Part shown: positions 23,005-36,049 of the stretch, piece by piece
How the letters are laid out: every line of letters begins with the position of its first letter
How positions within the stretch are numbered: the stretch's first letter is position 1
Assembly: GCA_002189035.1 (NCBI GenBank)
Contig: CM007989.1
Coordinates: 6,076,001 to 6,140,000 of the forward strand
Source of the DNA: Utricularia gibba
Taxonomy: Eukaryota > Plantae > Magnoliophyta
DNA length: 64,000 nucleotides
Direction of reading: 5' to 3'
Position numbers and translations under genes: made by a program
Notes under the pieces: generated by a model
Told to the model about the DNA's origin: nothing
The model's database searches: none
The model's input: only the letters and a program-made list of their open reading frames with translations

Positions 23005-24180
23005 AAAAATATTTTTTGTAGTATAATTTTAAAAGTATTTTTTGATAGAATTACTTTTATAATTAAAATTGTTTTAGAATAAAACTATTATTTTATTTTT
23101 AAAAATAAAAATATATTTTAAAAATTTTGCAGAATACTGTTTATGTTACATGGAAATGATGAAGTAGAAATGTTAACTAATAGAGTATAATTAAATAAAA
23201 TATTATTATGTAATTTATTTCATAAAGTCTTAAATTTTTAAGATTCAAATCTAAACTTTAACTCAAAAAAAGTTAAAATAAGCATCTTAATTATTTGATA
23301 ATTGATCTATGTTGATATAGAATATGCGCATTGAAGAATCAAAACCCAAATACAATATATATAAATCTAATTTATTTAATTATTTGATTCTTTACACCAA
23401 TTTTTCGTTTCACACAGAAACGGAAGCGCCAAAATTGGGACACCTCTGACATCACAAACCTAAAATAGGTTTTTTTTTGTTGATTAAAAAAATAAATTTT
23501 TTAAACGGGTTTAAAATTCTTAATTAATAAACAGTATTGATCATTGCCAACGTAGATGGATAGATAGATCATGAGCGTTGATGTATTTGGCAGAGTGTGG
23601 GGACCACATTCGCAGTCCTGTCTTATTTTGTAAGTTGAAAGTGTGTGAGTGAGGTGAGTGGAGTACTAAGTTTTTCTCTTATGTTTATAAAATATAACAA
23701 CTTATTGGGTTCTAAGTTTGTAACTATTCTATTTATTAATTTAAAATTTATTTTAATAAAAATTGAATTTCTTTTAAAAAAAATAATTAATGAATGTCAC
23801 TTACGTTAATTATGCAGCATTCGTGCTTTCGGATACTGCTGAACTGGTAGGAAAAACCCAGACTTTTTGATGTTGCATTTTTAGTTAGCATAGTCCATGA
23901 TGTTATAAAACTAAATATTTAATTCGAATATTTATGTAAATATTAATTAAAAATATTGTGTGAATTTTAGATTATTCATGATTAAAAGAGTAAGTTAATA
24001 TTTAATAGCGTTATTATGCATCTTCTTTCTATGATACGTGGTACTTTGCAAAATAAAATAAAAAGTGGTATTTTACTAATATCTTTTTGCAAATTTTGAC
24101 GATGTCGGTCTCTCCTTGTTTTTCCATTAGCATGAATATAGGGCATTTCCATATTGTACGGTCTGGGACTAGTACACCAA

Positions 24181-24200
24181 CCCCCCCCCCCCCCCCCCCC
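24181..24200. repeat. Poly(C) tract (20 nt)
   Basis: Uninterrupted C run. Confidence 0.95.
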
Positions 24201-25416
24201 GGATCTCATTCACCACTGCGTCTTCTTCCCCCCTGCCTCTGTGATAAAGGATGAAACGATTTGATCCTTTTTCGCTTTTGTCTTGCTTCTCCTCCTCCTA
24301 GCATCAAAATACATGTTTAGAAAAGCCAATCTTACATTGGAAAATCAAGATGGAATACTCTAAGGAAGGAAATGTGGTACTTTGCTGTTATTATGGATTA
24401 TGAATTATTTGTTAAAAATGGTGTGTTTGGGTTGGAGGGTTCAATTTAAGGTTTCTGCCAAAATGAGTTACTTTTTCAAAGAAACAACTCTCCTTGATGA
24501 TTGGAAATCTCGGGTTTGTATTTTTTATATGGATTGTTAAACCCATGTACCAAATAACCATCACATATTCCTTCCTAATACTCATGGTACTGATTTCCTC
24601 TTTGCGGCTGACTTTGAGCATGGTGTTGGTGCCTCATCCATAGAAATGCAATTTTCCCACCCAAGTAAGTCTTGTTAGAAATTAACCCCTTTTTAGTTTT
24701 CTTGTGAATCAAGTCTGTGATTTTTTTATTATTAGCCAAATGGCCTGTGAAATATTAGAAAATTTACGGTTTTAGTTTTTGGAAATACATTAAAAGTAGC
24801 CCCAAAAAATGAATCAAATTGTTGTTTTTTTGTTTTTGTTTTGTGAGAGAGTAGGTACGGGACCACACGTAAAACAACAAAAAGGCGAAACTCCTGTGAT
24901 TAGGTGTGCGGCGCCCAATAGCGACGTGAATTAGGGTTTGGCCCTCCCGAGAAGAGGGATCCTGTCCTGTGTTTGAGCAGACAGCGAGGATTTTAGCCCT
25001 TCTGGGGACTCGCGCGCCTCGCCATGCAAAATGCAAATGCAAGAGGCTGCACCTTTTTGTGTTTTTCTTAGGATGGCTGCACGATCTCATCTGGAGATAC
25101 TACGTCTCCCATAACGTGAAACTGCGGGAACCCATTGAAATCAGGCGTTCCGCTCTGTGATAGATTCTAAAATTTATCAAAATCTTGAACGGCTTGTACA
25201 TTTTCTGTTTCTTGTGTGGAATGGCTTGTGTAACTAAAGTTACTTGAAACCTCCACACAGATACTGCAGGAGCTAGAGGAGTGGCTGTGGCTGAATTGGA
25301 AAATGTGATGGGTATGGATGTGGAGGCAGGACCACAAGTGACTTTCTCTGAAACCATAAATTTGGCATTTCTCAGCTACTTGTCGTTGCTTTTCTGAATC
25401 TCTCTCTTCACCTCCA

Positions 25417-26420
25417 ATGGCGACCTCTCTTCACTTCACTCCTTCCAATGAAGGACATCAAACTGTAGGATACTCCCTTCAGGAGTCGTCGCAAAGGTCC
25501 AAAAGGCGAGCTTCGGGAGAAGAAAGAACAAGTCCGGTGGTGGGCAGAAGAAGCAGGTGCTGCGGGGGATGGGGGTTGAGAGGCTTGAGCAACAGCGCCT
25601 TGAGCAAGAGAGGCTTAACAAGATGAATCTCGAAATGGCACCTACAAATCTTGTGTTTCCTGCCTCTGCTGATCCTGTTTTGGTCTCTTCTTCTGTAAAT
25701 CTTCATAAGTTTTCAGGATACCCTTCTCCTGTAATCGGCCAAATCCCCGTTCATCATCAGAATCTGAATCATAGGGGTATGCGGGATTTCGTGACCAAAT
25801 GGGCATTGGAGGAGTGATTTCTTCGGATCACTTCAAAACTGACTTGTTTGGAATCGGTCGAGTGATTCCTAGGGAGCCCTCTTCGAGCCCCAACCCTATC
25901 AAATGCATTTCCGATCACTGCGTTGCTTGCTGCAAGGTTAGTGAAACCCCAAATACCCTAGTGTGTAAATGGGTTTCTTCGACATCCAGGAAACATAAAG
26001 GTAACATTCTCAATTTGGGATTTTCTTGCAGATGCAATATGCTAATGACACAGTATTCATGGGGTTAAACATCGCAAGAACTGAGGAAAGTCATGATCTC
26101 CCGAGAAATGCAGTTGGAAATGAAAAAGAGGTAATGAATCTATCTCCTTACAACTCCAAACATACATTGAATGTTTGACGCCTATATAGGATGTCTCAAA
26201 CAATACAATATTTGTACAGATTTTGCAGGGAAAGGAAGTTGTTGCTGTGCACAGAAGAGGAGCATCAGGTAATGAAGTTGGAACTATAATGATGGAGTAT
26301 GAGTTTTTCCCTCAGAGAAATGATGATGATTCAAGTTTCACGAAGAATGAACCAGCGATGCCCGGATTTGCTACCTTGAACTTAAACCCCATTGATCTAT
26401 CTCTCAAGCTATCTTACTAA
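25417..26420 (+). CDS. SPL/NZZ: SPOROCYTELESS/NOZZLE orthologue (~270 aa if repaired; 3 exons); two apparent -1 frameshifts in exon 1
   Basis: The pieces match Arabidopsis SPL/NZZ in order: MATSLHF (cf. MATSLFF) at 25417; KKQVLRGMGVERLEQQRLEQE (cf. KKPTLRGMGVAKLERQRIEEE); EPSSSPNP..DHCVACCK (cf. ELSSISNP..RCDTCFK); MMEYEFFPQ (cf. VKEYEFFPG); and the C-terminal EAR motif IDLSLKL. Exons 25417-25936, 26032-26130 and 26229-26420 are GT-AG, phase 0. Exon 1 moves through three reading frames. Confidence 0.9.
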
Positions 26421-27649
26421 GCAGCAGCAGTGAGTCCGCAGTTCGCTCATCATGCCACGTTCCCGTCTTCTAAAGCAGGAGCACAGACACCATCCTTTTA
26501 TGCATTTGGTTGCTGAATTGAAAAACTCCTGCAATGACTAGTTCCTTTTGCCCTTTGCACCAATCTATGTTTCAATATAATCCGAGAAGTTGATGCTGGA
26601 TTTACATGCTCTCGTTCTCTTTTTCTCCCATCTGTGTTACAGTATAGCAGCAGAAGTTGAAGGTGTGATTTAGATGTACCATTTCTGTAATAGCCAGTAC
26701 TAAGAAGAACCCTAGAAATTTCCTTGAGCCAGCATACACTGTTGGCTTGGGGACTGGAACACTGGGATTATCCCTGAGGAGTTACTGAAACTGGGAGTAA
26801 ACAAGCAGTCTTCATTGAATTCTCCTTGGGGAAACAAGTTAAAAAGAAGTGAAAGGGTATGAAAAGTGGAAAAAGAAACAGGTAGTTATACGAGCTATGG
26901 GGCATGCAGGCATCCAACATGGGTAATGTAAAAACTGTGGGATGAGTCTAAGTCTCAGTCTCAGTTGTGTAACAAGAAAAGCTGTGGAAACCCATAGACG
27001 TTAATGCAGCCTTCTCAGAAGCTCCCTTTTCCTATTGGTCCTTTTTGTTGTTGTGTGGCAGTACGGGTACGGTAAGGCTAGGGAAATAAATACAGACGTG
27101 TTTTTATGGAATGAAGACACTCTTCTTTCTAACACTGAACCCTAGAGGAACCACAAGCTCGCGGTTACTTGTGTGGATTGTCCGATTCAATTCCTTGTAC
27201 AACTTAAGACATGGACGATGGGAAGGTTGTCTCCACCTCAGCTTTCCCATCTACAGCTTCTTTGAATGGGTTGCAGACTAGATTTTCAATCCATTAAAAA
27301 CAAAATCATGCTTCAAGATCCTGCATAGTAACACTTGTTGATTCCATGTTAACGTTTTATAAATAATATAGGAATAATTTATATTTAAAAATAAATCCAG
27401 ATTTTCAAAAAGTTAAAGTGATTCAGCATCTACTCTATTAGAAATGTTTTTTCAAACATATTCTCTCAAATTGTTCTTATAAAATGAAACATATAAAAAT
27501 TCATTCATTTAAAAACACCGATAAATAGGACATTAAACAATGTGTGAATTTTTTATGGGTTACCCGAAAAAACTCCCACATACCTAAATTCTTCATGGTG
27601 TACCCGATATTTCTTGGGGTTAAGCAGTCAATACAGCATTGTATTGATA

Positions 27650-29560
27650 CGTGTTTGAAATATTAAGAACAAAATTGGACAAGAAGAGTACAGTAGACGC
27701 ATTTATGGGTTAAAGTGAAGTCCGAGCGATATATCAAATATGGGATCCACTAACAAAAAATGACGCTAAAGAGATATGTTGTATTTATGAAAATAAAAAT
27801 CAGAAATTGACAAGTTTGCTTCCTGAAACACAGAAATGGACAACTCTGAATCAAGAGGACAACATGACATTTCGTGAGAGGAAAATCAAGGAAATAAACC
27901 TAAAGATATACCAACCCATGCTCAATCAAAATCAGACAACGAAAAGAATACTACAAAAAAGACTTACCTCAATTTTTCACCGAAATCGAATAATGCAATA
28001 AATGATGATATGCAACCAAAATCTCCAGAAATGGATACAAGTATATCAAATGAAGAGGAGTTTGGTATGAAATACAGCAGCTCATAAGGAAAAGAATGGA
28101 ACTAAGGTTGGAACCTAAATTCGAAAAAGAATTTTGTGTTATACAATTAAATTTTAGAGATGCTTATGAGCACTCTTTCATGAGAGGTTTTGAAACTCAT
28201 ACAAGCCTTTTATCAACAAAAATATCTATTGGGTCACACTTATCCCTTCAATCTTGCTATTGCTCTAGCCAATCCTGAATGTAGAAGAGCCATAGAATAA
28301 GAGTTAGATACTATTAATAAGTATAACATATGGATGCTAATGGATAGAAAGCAAATTAAATGGCCCATAGGGGTGAAGTGGGTGCTTAGAGCGTTCATTC
28401 CTATCACTAAAATGGATACAATAAGATTACTACTAGCTATATTAACTTCTCATAAATGACCAATTTACCATTTGGATATAAAATCACCCTTTCTGAATGG
28501 AGATTTAACAAAAGAAATCTATATAGAACAACCATCAAGTTTTGTGATTAGGGGGCATGTAGACAAGATATACAAATTTTATGAGTCTCTATATAGACTT
28601 AAACAAGCATCCATGTCATGATATTCCAAGACAGATAAATAATTTTCTCAGCATGGATAAATAAGAAGCAAAAATGATCTAACTCTATATATACTAAAGA
28701 TGACACTACAAACAATTTTATGATAATATATTTCTATGATAATGACGTATTTTTTATGGGAAATGATCAAAAGATAGTAACTTCAGAAAAAGAAAAAACT
28801 CATATTTGAATTTTAACTTGTTGACTTCAGGGTTGCAACATATTTCCTTGGACTTAAAATCAAGTAGATTCCTTCCTACACTATTGTGTCTCATTGAAAA
28901 TACGCCTTGGATGTAATTTAAAGATATGGAATAGGATCTTCTAAATCGTCAGATGTCCTATTAGTAATAGGACACACCTATGTAGAAAGCAAAATTTATA
29001 GAGGTCTCATTAGTTTACCTATGTACCTCATGGTAATACTTCCAAATATCACATATATGGTTCATCATTTATCATAATTCATGTCTAAACCTCAAAATTT
29101 GCGTATTGAAGGGACACAAAGAATTTTGAAATAGACAAAAAACACACATGATATGTAACTACATTATAAAACAAGTATTACTCCTTATTTACAAGTCTAC
29201 TTTGATGATGATTTTGCAAGAGACAAGAAGAACACCAAAACCATGTTCATGCTTGGAACGCCTTTGCCTGGAACAATAAGAAATAATGTGTTATTGCACA
29301 ATTAACAGTTGAAGTAGAATATATTGCTTTTGCTTCTACCTCAAATCACATAGCTTGAACAAGTAAGATCTTCAGTGATTTACATCATCTGCTATATAAA
29401 CTTGTAGTGCTAAATATGGACAACTAATTTTCCATTATGATGGGTAATAATCCAGTATTTTTTAGAAGACCAAAATATATTTACATTAAATAACATGTTC
29501 TAAGAACTTATATGAACGATAAAAAGATAAGAGTGAACTTTATACTTTCAATACATCATG
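27650..29560 (+). mobile_element. Degenerate Ty1/copia remnant (SH3, RT, RNase H)
   Basis: LDKKSTVDAFMG..YQIWDPLT (~27675-27755); ELDTINKYNIWMLMDR..PIGVKWV (~28300-28385); FIPITKMDTIRLLLA..YHLDIKSPFLNGDLTKEIYIEQPSSFV (~28395-28545); RNase H end ..KYIYIK*HVLR (~29475-29505). Many stops. Confidence 0.9.
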
Positions 29561-29947
29561 ACTTAGAAATTCAAGAATTGAGATATTTCTCAAAACCACT
29601 CTGTCTTCCATTTGTGAGGAAAAAGAAAGATCATGTTGAGATCCATTCTTAAAACTGCATTAATGATAAAGAGAATTTGATAAATCTTTAGAAGGCACTG
29701 TCTGAAATTTGAAAAAAAAAAACAGATTTCGAATCAGATCCAATAGGTGAAATTCTGATCAAATTTCGGATGAAATTACTGAATTTTTGGAAAATTTTCA
29801 CAATTCGTGATAATTATTTATTAAATTGCATTAAAATTTAAAGAAAAAATAAAGAAAATGGACAAGGGTAATGTCGTCAAGCAACAGAGGGCATACCCAT
29901 TTAAGCGTTCCCCCTCTCCTTTTGTCATTCGTCGTACTGGACAGCTA

Positions 29948-30581
29948 ATGGCGTTGACAAAAAATCCCAGCTTGCTTTTCGTCTTCTTTCTCCTCAACTC
30001 CTCCGCCGCTGCGCCCTCGATTCACAACCTCCTTATGTCGATGGGATTGCCGGCGGGTTTGCTCCCCAAGGAAGTCAGATCCTACAATTTCTCCAGCTCC
30101 GGCCTGCTGGAAGTGCTTCTAGAAGGACCCTGTTTCACCAAGTTCGACACCGTGGCTCTCTACGACGCGGTGTTCCGCGCCAATCTCACCCACAGTAGCC
30201 TCACCGATGTCCAGGGACTCTCGCAAGAAGAGCTTTTTCTATGGCTCCCCGTTAAGGACATAATCGTGAATGATCCCGGCTCCGGCCTCATTCACATCGA
30301 TATGGGCGTCGCACATAAACAGCTCTCGCTCTCGATTTTCGAAGAACCCCCAGATTGCAGCACCACATCAAGTGAGTCATGTTGGCATCCTCGCTCCCGA
30401 TTCTTCAATTCAAGTCCCCGCGACGCGTGCCCGATTCTCTACGCCTCTTTTCTTCTTCCTCTGTGTATCAATAATCATGTGGAAGCCGTCCTTTTTAATT
30501 CATTTACATGGGTGTTTTATGCAATAAATCTGAACTGGTCTGAAATTCATTGCAGGTGAACTCAACTGGGACATTGCTTAA
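29948..30581 (+). CDS. DUF538 family protein with signal peptide
   Basis: ATG at 29948: MALTKNPSLLFVFFLLNSSAAAPSIHNLLMSMGLPAGLLPKEVRSY..LEV.LEGPCFTKF..GLSQEELFLWLPVKDIIVNDPGSGLIHIDMGVAHKQLSLSIFEEPPDC. Donor A|GTGAGT at 30371/30372 and a probable short exon 2 at 30556-30581 (SELNWDIA*). The 3' exon is less certain. Confidence 0.88.
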
Positions 30582-31409
30582 CTGCCATTGGAAGTTCCTC
30601 TGGTTGTCTAGCTCTTCTACGGTTTATGAGCATGAAGTTACTTGTATTAACGGGGGTATTGGCTTTGCTCAATTTACTAGAAAGTATCCTCAGTATAACC
30701 TTGTGATATTAGAAGGTTATCTTCAAGTGCAAGATAACCTTGTGATTTTACAGTGAGCATTTCACAGAGTTTCATATGAATAAGATTTCATTTTCTGTGA
30801 GGCTGATGGTGTCCGAATGGAATGAATACCCACGAACATTGCAGTTGTCTTGTCTGCAAAGAGAGTGAAAGATGAAAGCTTTGTTGTAATGAACTGAAAA
30901 ACAGCGCTTCATGATGAGAAAAAAACCTTATAGCAGCTGGCAAATTTATTCTCCTGTCTTGTCGCACAGCCTCCAGAGTTCTTCTTGACAGTGCTTATTG
31001 GGATCCTCATAGCTAACAACATGCATGCGTTTTCTGATTAATGCTGCTTCATGAAAACTGATCATTTTCAGTGATGATCACACCTGGCCCCTGGGTTCCC
31101 ATTCTACTCCTTGATGTAGTTCGCCAGCTTCCTTAAGCCCCCAAGGCCAAGGGACGACATGGAGGTAACTAGAGACATCCTCAAAGGGAATGTAAGTGAC
31201 AATAAGCGTTTATCTGAAATTCCCTTTTTTTTCATGATTCAAAGTTCAATTCTTTTTTTTATTTTTAAAATAAAAAATTAATAGCCCTATGAAACACGGT
31301 TATTTCTAATTTTTCAAAATAAATTATTTTGTTTTTTCATTCTTATTCTAAAAAATAACACTATAATATAAAATGAACTATTTTGTTAATTTTGGTTTTT
31401 CATTCTTAT

Positions 31410-32730
31410 TCTAAGAAAATGGTGCATTACATAAAAATGTTTGCTTCTATCATGTGGGACTAGATTTATGAACAGCCTGATGGTGGAGCTATTAGCACAA
31501 TGAACAAAGAGTTTCCATCTCTCTAATCATTCATATTCTTTCACAAACACATTTGACCGCTGCCACAAATTCTACTTCAGTAGTAAATAAAGCTATAATG
31601 ATTGCTTTCTTTGAACTCCAGGATACAACACCTGATCCCAAATTGAAAACATACACTGCAATATTTTTCCTATCATCTGCATCACCAGTGAAATCACTCT
31701 AAGAAAATATTTCAAGTTGTGCTACGTGTTTGAAGACTGTACAAGTAGAAGAGAAAATTCCAAGCTTTTTTGTTCTCTGCAAATATTTGAAGATTCTCTT
31801 AATGAACTACATGAAGTGTAGAAATTGGGTGTTGACTGATAAATTGGAGTATTTATCAGCTAAAACCCAGAAATCTAGAAAACCTCTCGGGCTTAAGTAT
31901 GACAATCAAGCAAACTGGAAATTCACTATGATTATGCGAGTTACATGATGCATACAACGCACACTCCTACACCATACATATGTGATGATCACATCAGAAA
32001 TCAATGGACGTTGATTTGCCCTCGAAATGCCGGGATAATTTCCACCACATCCTCAGGACATTGCTCTGTTCCTTTTATGCAGTGGAACGCCCCACAACTG
32101 CACCTGAACGTAGGATGATAATCACCAAACCACTAGGCCAAAAGACACGAACTTCAGAGCCCCACTACTTCACCTCCAACCTGTCCAAGTAAGGACATGA
32201 TTTCTCCAAGCACTTACCTAGGCTACAAGTGTTGCAATATCAGCACTTCTCCACAAGACTTGCCTCTTTCACCGGTTTCAGATCCCTGGAAATTATTAAT
32301 AGTCTTCCCTTTCAGTATAGCCATATTACTGTGCTTCACCATATCTCCGATCCAATGATATCTAATATCAATATGTTTTGTTCACGAAAGATACAGTGCA
32401 TATTTTCTCAGTGCAATTGCACTTTGACTGTCACAGAGTACTCTCACCCTCAAACTCACGAACCCAAGTTCTTCCAAAAACCTATTGAGCCATATTGCCT
32501 CTTTTCCTACCTAAAACAAGGCTACGTATCAGCCTCTATGGATGGCAATGTAACTCACTTATGTAAAGAGGACATCCAATTGACTCAAACTCTGTTAACA
32601 AAAGTTTTCGGATTACATTATTGAGTACCACAGCCGAGACACAACTCTGCAGTGACTTTCAAATAGCACAATCATGACTTGTCAACTTCTCAGTGTACTT
32701 GTTCCGACATGTGGCGATTGATACCAACTG
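31410..32730 (-). mobile_element. Nested Ty1/copia remnants (two RNase H/RT ends, PBS-like site)
   Basis: ~31810-31540: IKRIFKYLQRTK..SDFTGDADDRKN..VYVFNLGSGVVSWSSKK..ALFTTEVEFVAA. ~32500-32330: WLNRFLEELG..VLCDSQSAIAL..RTKHIDIRYHWI-like (Tnt1-type RNase H end). TGGTATCA (tRNA-Met PBS start) on the minus strand at 32726-32719. Confidence 0.8.
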
Positions 32731-33499
32731 ATGACAAAAGCTATATTAGGTCGAATACTTACCATAATATACATCATCCCTCCCATCAAAAAAGCAAATA
32801 ATTTTTCAGGCATCATCAGTTCTTGATCACTATCTTTGAGACATAAAGTAGCACAATTTATCTAGTGAGCGGAAAATTAGATGTATTTGAGTGCTCTAAA
32901 AGTTTTCAGTAGATGGTAGAATTGTTGGAAATATGGAAATAAAGAAAGACTCCAAATTTGATTAAATGCTCAGCATATGTCCAAAGTGTTTGAGGTTATG
33001 CTCCAAAGAAATGTTAGTAAATTAAAGAAAAAACAAGAAAAAGATTTACAAGGTAAAATCCAGAAATTGGAAAGTCTCCTGAGTTTGAAAAATCCAAGTA
33101 ATGAAATTTATTATGAGTTTACAATAGAAGTACAATACTTAACGTATTAAACAAATCAATGATCTATAACACAAAGTTACTAATAAACTTTCTTTGTAGT
33201 AGCAGATTTTACAACATAAAGCTACCAATAGACCTTCTTTGTAACATCAAATCGTCTTCTTTATGCCTTTAGATAGAATTTCATCAATCCTTCTCCACAC
33301 TCACACCACACACCCTGAAGGGTATTGGAGATGACCTTTTATAGGTATACGTTCCTTGCATCTTGTCAACGTACTCATTAATGTAGAGCTACCTTGCTGA
33401 CCCACAACTTTCAGCACTTCACACAAGCATCTTCACTACCCTTGTTGACTAACAACAACCCTTCACATGTGTAACTTTCAGCCTGCTAGATACATTAGT

Positions 33500-35600
33500 A
33501 GTGTGTTCAATAAGAATGAGAGACTAAGATAAAAACCTGTAATTCCTAAAAAGAAGAAATACATAAGTTCACGTAAAAAATATCTTAAATGTACAATTTA
33601 AATTCGATCGCACACATTTGCTAATTCATGAAAATAGCCTATTTGAACCTATCTAAATGATGAGTTACAATTCACTTTAAGGATAAAACATTTTATATAG
33701 TTTCTTATAAAAAACTATTGAAAAACATTTCTCAAGTAACCAATCAATACTTAAAATGTTGTTTCTTAGATCAAGAATGGAGTAATCATCAGACACTAAG
33801 GACTTTCATTCCGAAACATGACAAAAATTATTCCTATATGTACTACTTTCAATTTATTATCATTTTAAAAAAATGTTATGTGTTTGTTGGAACTCAGACC
33901 AAGAGTTGTAAAAAAATCTTACTTTTAAAGTTCAATATCATACATCTATTTTGAAGTTATTTTGCAAGATATCAATTCATATAAATAGCTTACCATCCAT
34001 TTATTCTTCAACAATATAATTTATTTGTTAAGCTTTAGTATATTCACTACAAAAAATGTCCTAATTTTTGATAATGATAGTATTTCATTATTTATATATT
34101 AAATTTAATTTTTTTACTTTAATTGTATGGCTAGTTTGACCACATTCCTTGAGTTTTTTTTATTGGATCTCGTGTTTGATTTAAAAACACATGTGATTTT
34201 CGTTCTCCTTGATACATTGTTTGAGCTTTCCAAACTTTTGTTTATGTAGTTAAACTAAATCTTACAACTCATCAAGTATCTTGAAATTCACATCCTTAGA
34301 TTTCTTCATTGACCAACCTTTTTACAAGTTCATAGAAAAAGAAAAACAAATTTATGCATCATCTTTGTAGTTACATACATTAATCATCCAAATACTCGGA
34401 AATGCCTTTATGAGTTATTCATTTCAAGAATCTCAAATTCTCAATGGTGAAGTTGAACATGAGACTGTTCAACTCTGCCTTTTCGAATCATGGCATCTAA
34501 GATTTTCTTGAATGTAATATTATTTAGTATCATATCTATGTAATTTGTATTAGTGATTTGAAACAGATAATTGTTCATCTTCAAATCCTTTTTTTCAATA
34601 ACTTTTTTTATACTCTTTCTTCCGCAAATGTTATGGAATTTGTTCCTAGAATCATTAAAATTCTCCATGAAAATTGTCCAATTGTTATAATAGCATCAAA
34701 TTATGGGATTGCTGATTGCATAAATGATTCTATACATCATTGCTAGCAATTGTCATTATTTATTCATTATTAATGATACTAAACAAAAGACCCATAAACC
34801 ACACAAAATTTGATACTTATTGAGAAATGCAAATGAGTTTAAATAGATACTACAATTAATTAAACGAAAATACTGATGCATCAACAAATATAGATGCTAC
34901 TTTGTTTCACCTTAAAAAAGTAAATCTAAGAAATATTGAGAATATTAAAAAATTTAATTTATTTCAAAAATAAATTCATTTTCAGAATAGAAATTTATGT
35001 ATTTGATATCTTTATTCATGTTTTCAAAAAATTAGATGTGATCTTTAATATATATGTGATGTATAAAATAATTGTATATTTAGTTATTTTTTCATAAAAT
35101 TTGATTTTTTTATTCTAAATAAAAAATTCAAATATAATTTTACAAACATATTTGTAAAATTTATGTAACAAACATACTTTCAAATATAAACATATAATAC
35201 ATATTAATAATTTATATAAATTCTTAAGTAAATTATTATTAGGAGATTAGCGATCAAAATAAATTTATACAAAGTGTCACTTTACATTTTTCATATTTAT
35301 TAATGAAAATATATTATTTAAAATTGAAGAGAAAGAATAGAGTAAATAATGATATGGTTTTTTTTTATAACATTTCATTCGTTTTTAAATTTGATTTTTA
35401 TTTATGTTAAAGAAAAAGATTTTCTTAGCCTTAATAATAAGCAAATTGTGAGCATGCATAGTAATGAGATATCCAATTGCAATGTATTTGGATACCAAAA
35501 CTATGGTGCAAAGATCAATAGATTTGAAATATGTATTAATAATGTATATATATATATATATATTTAAAAAATATAATAAACTAGTAAAACATAGATACAT
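33500..35600 (-). mobile_element. Ty1/copia gag-protease remnant, copy A
   Basis: Minus strand: KKDLKMNNYLFQ..ILDAMIRKG RVEQSHVQLHH*EFEILEM (UBN2 gag, cf. KDLKAKNYLFQAI..KVKR..LQ.LRREFEILEM) at 34668-34400; DDYSILDLRNNILSIDWLLEK (cf. DVYYIPELKNNLLSIGQLQEK) at ~33800-33720. Confidence 0.75.
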
Positions 35601-36049
35601 AAAATAAAATATAAAATAAAGCGATAATTAATATATCAAAAATGAGTTTTTTATCATTTATTTCAGTTTTTTCATTTTTAAATTAAGTCATGAATTTTAT
35701 TACATAATATATCAATCCTTTCCCTGGACCAACATTTCTCTTCATTTCATTGTTTTGAAGTGAATGCGTCTATAAATTTCACATCTTTCTTCTTTTGTAC
35801 AATATTGCCACAAATTTCTACAAGATTTTTAAAAACAAATCCATTTTTTTCTAACTTGAATTATTCAACTTTCGGAAAATAAGCATTTAATAAGATATTA
35901 TTTATTTCAAATGAAAAAACTCAAGTTGTGAAGCTTGATTAGCATACAATGTTTATGCTAGAGAATTAATCACATTATCGAACTGGATATGATTGATGAT
36001 ACTTTATCTATTGTTCCAATTTATTTATTTTTTGTTATAGTAGCTCCTA

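Noticed and set aside
25354-25365. CCATAAATTTGG just upstream of SPL as an AGAMOUS-type CArG box
   Set aside because: It is CC(A/T)8GG rather than canonical CC(A/T)6GG, and C(A/T)8G motifs are frequent by chance in AT-rich DNA.
29858-29947. Upstream in-frame ATG extending the DUF538 ORF
   Set aside because: The signal-peptide-like sequence begins at ATG 29948. The extension crosses a TATA-like, pyrimidine-rich leader region.
30911-31215. Possible C/D box snoRNAs (ATGATGA 30911..CTGA ~31034; GTGATGA 31071..CTGA ~31211)
   Set aside because: No convincing terminal stem, and no 10+ nt rRNA-complementary guide next to the D box that I could identify. An Rfam/snoscan search would settle it.
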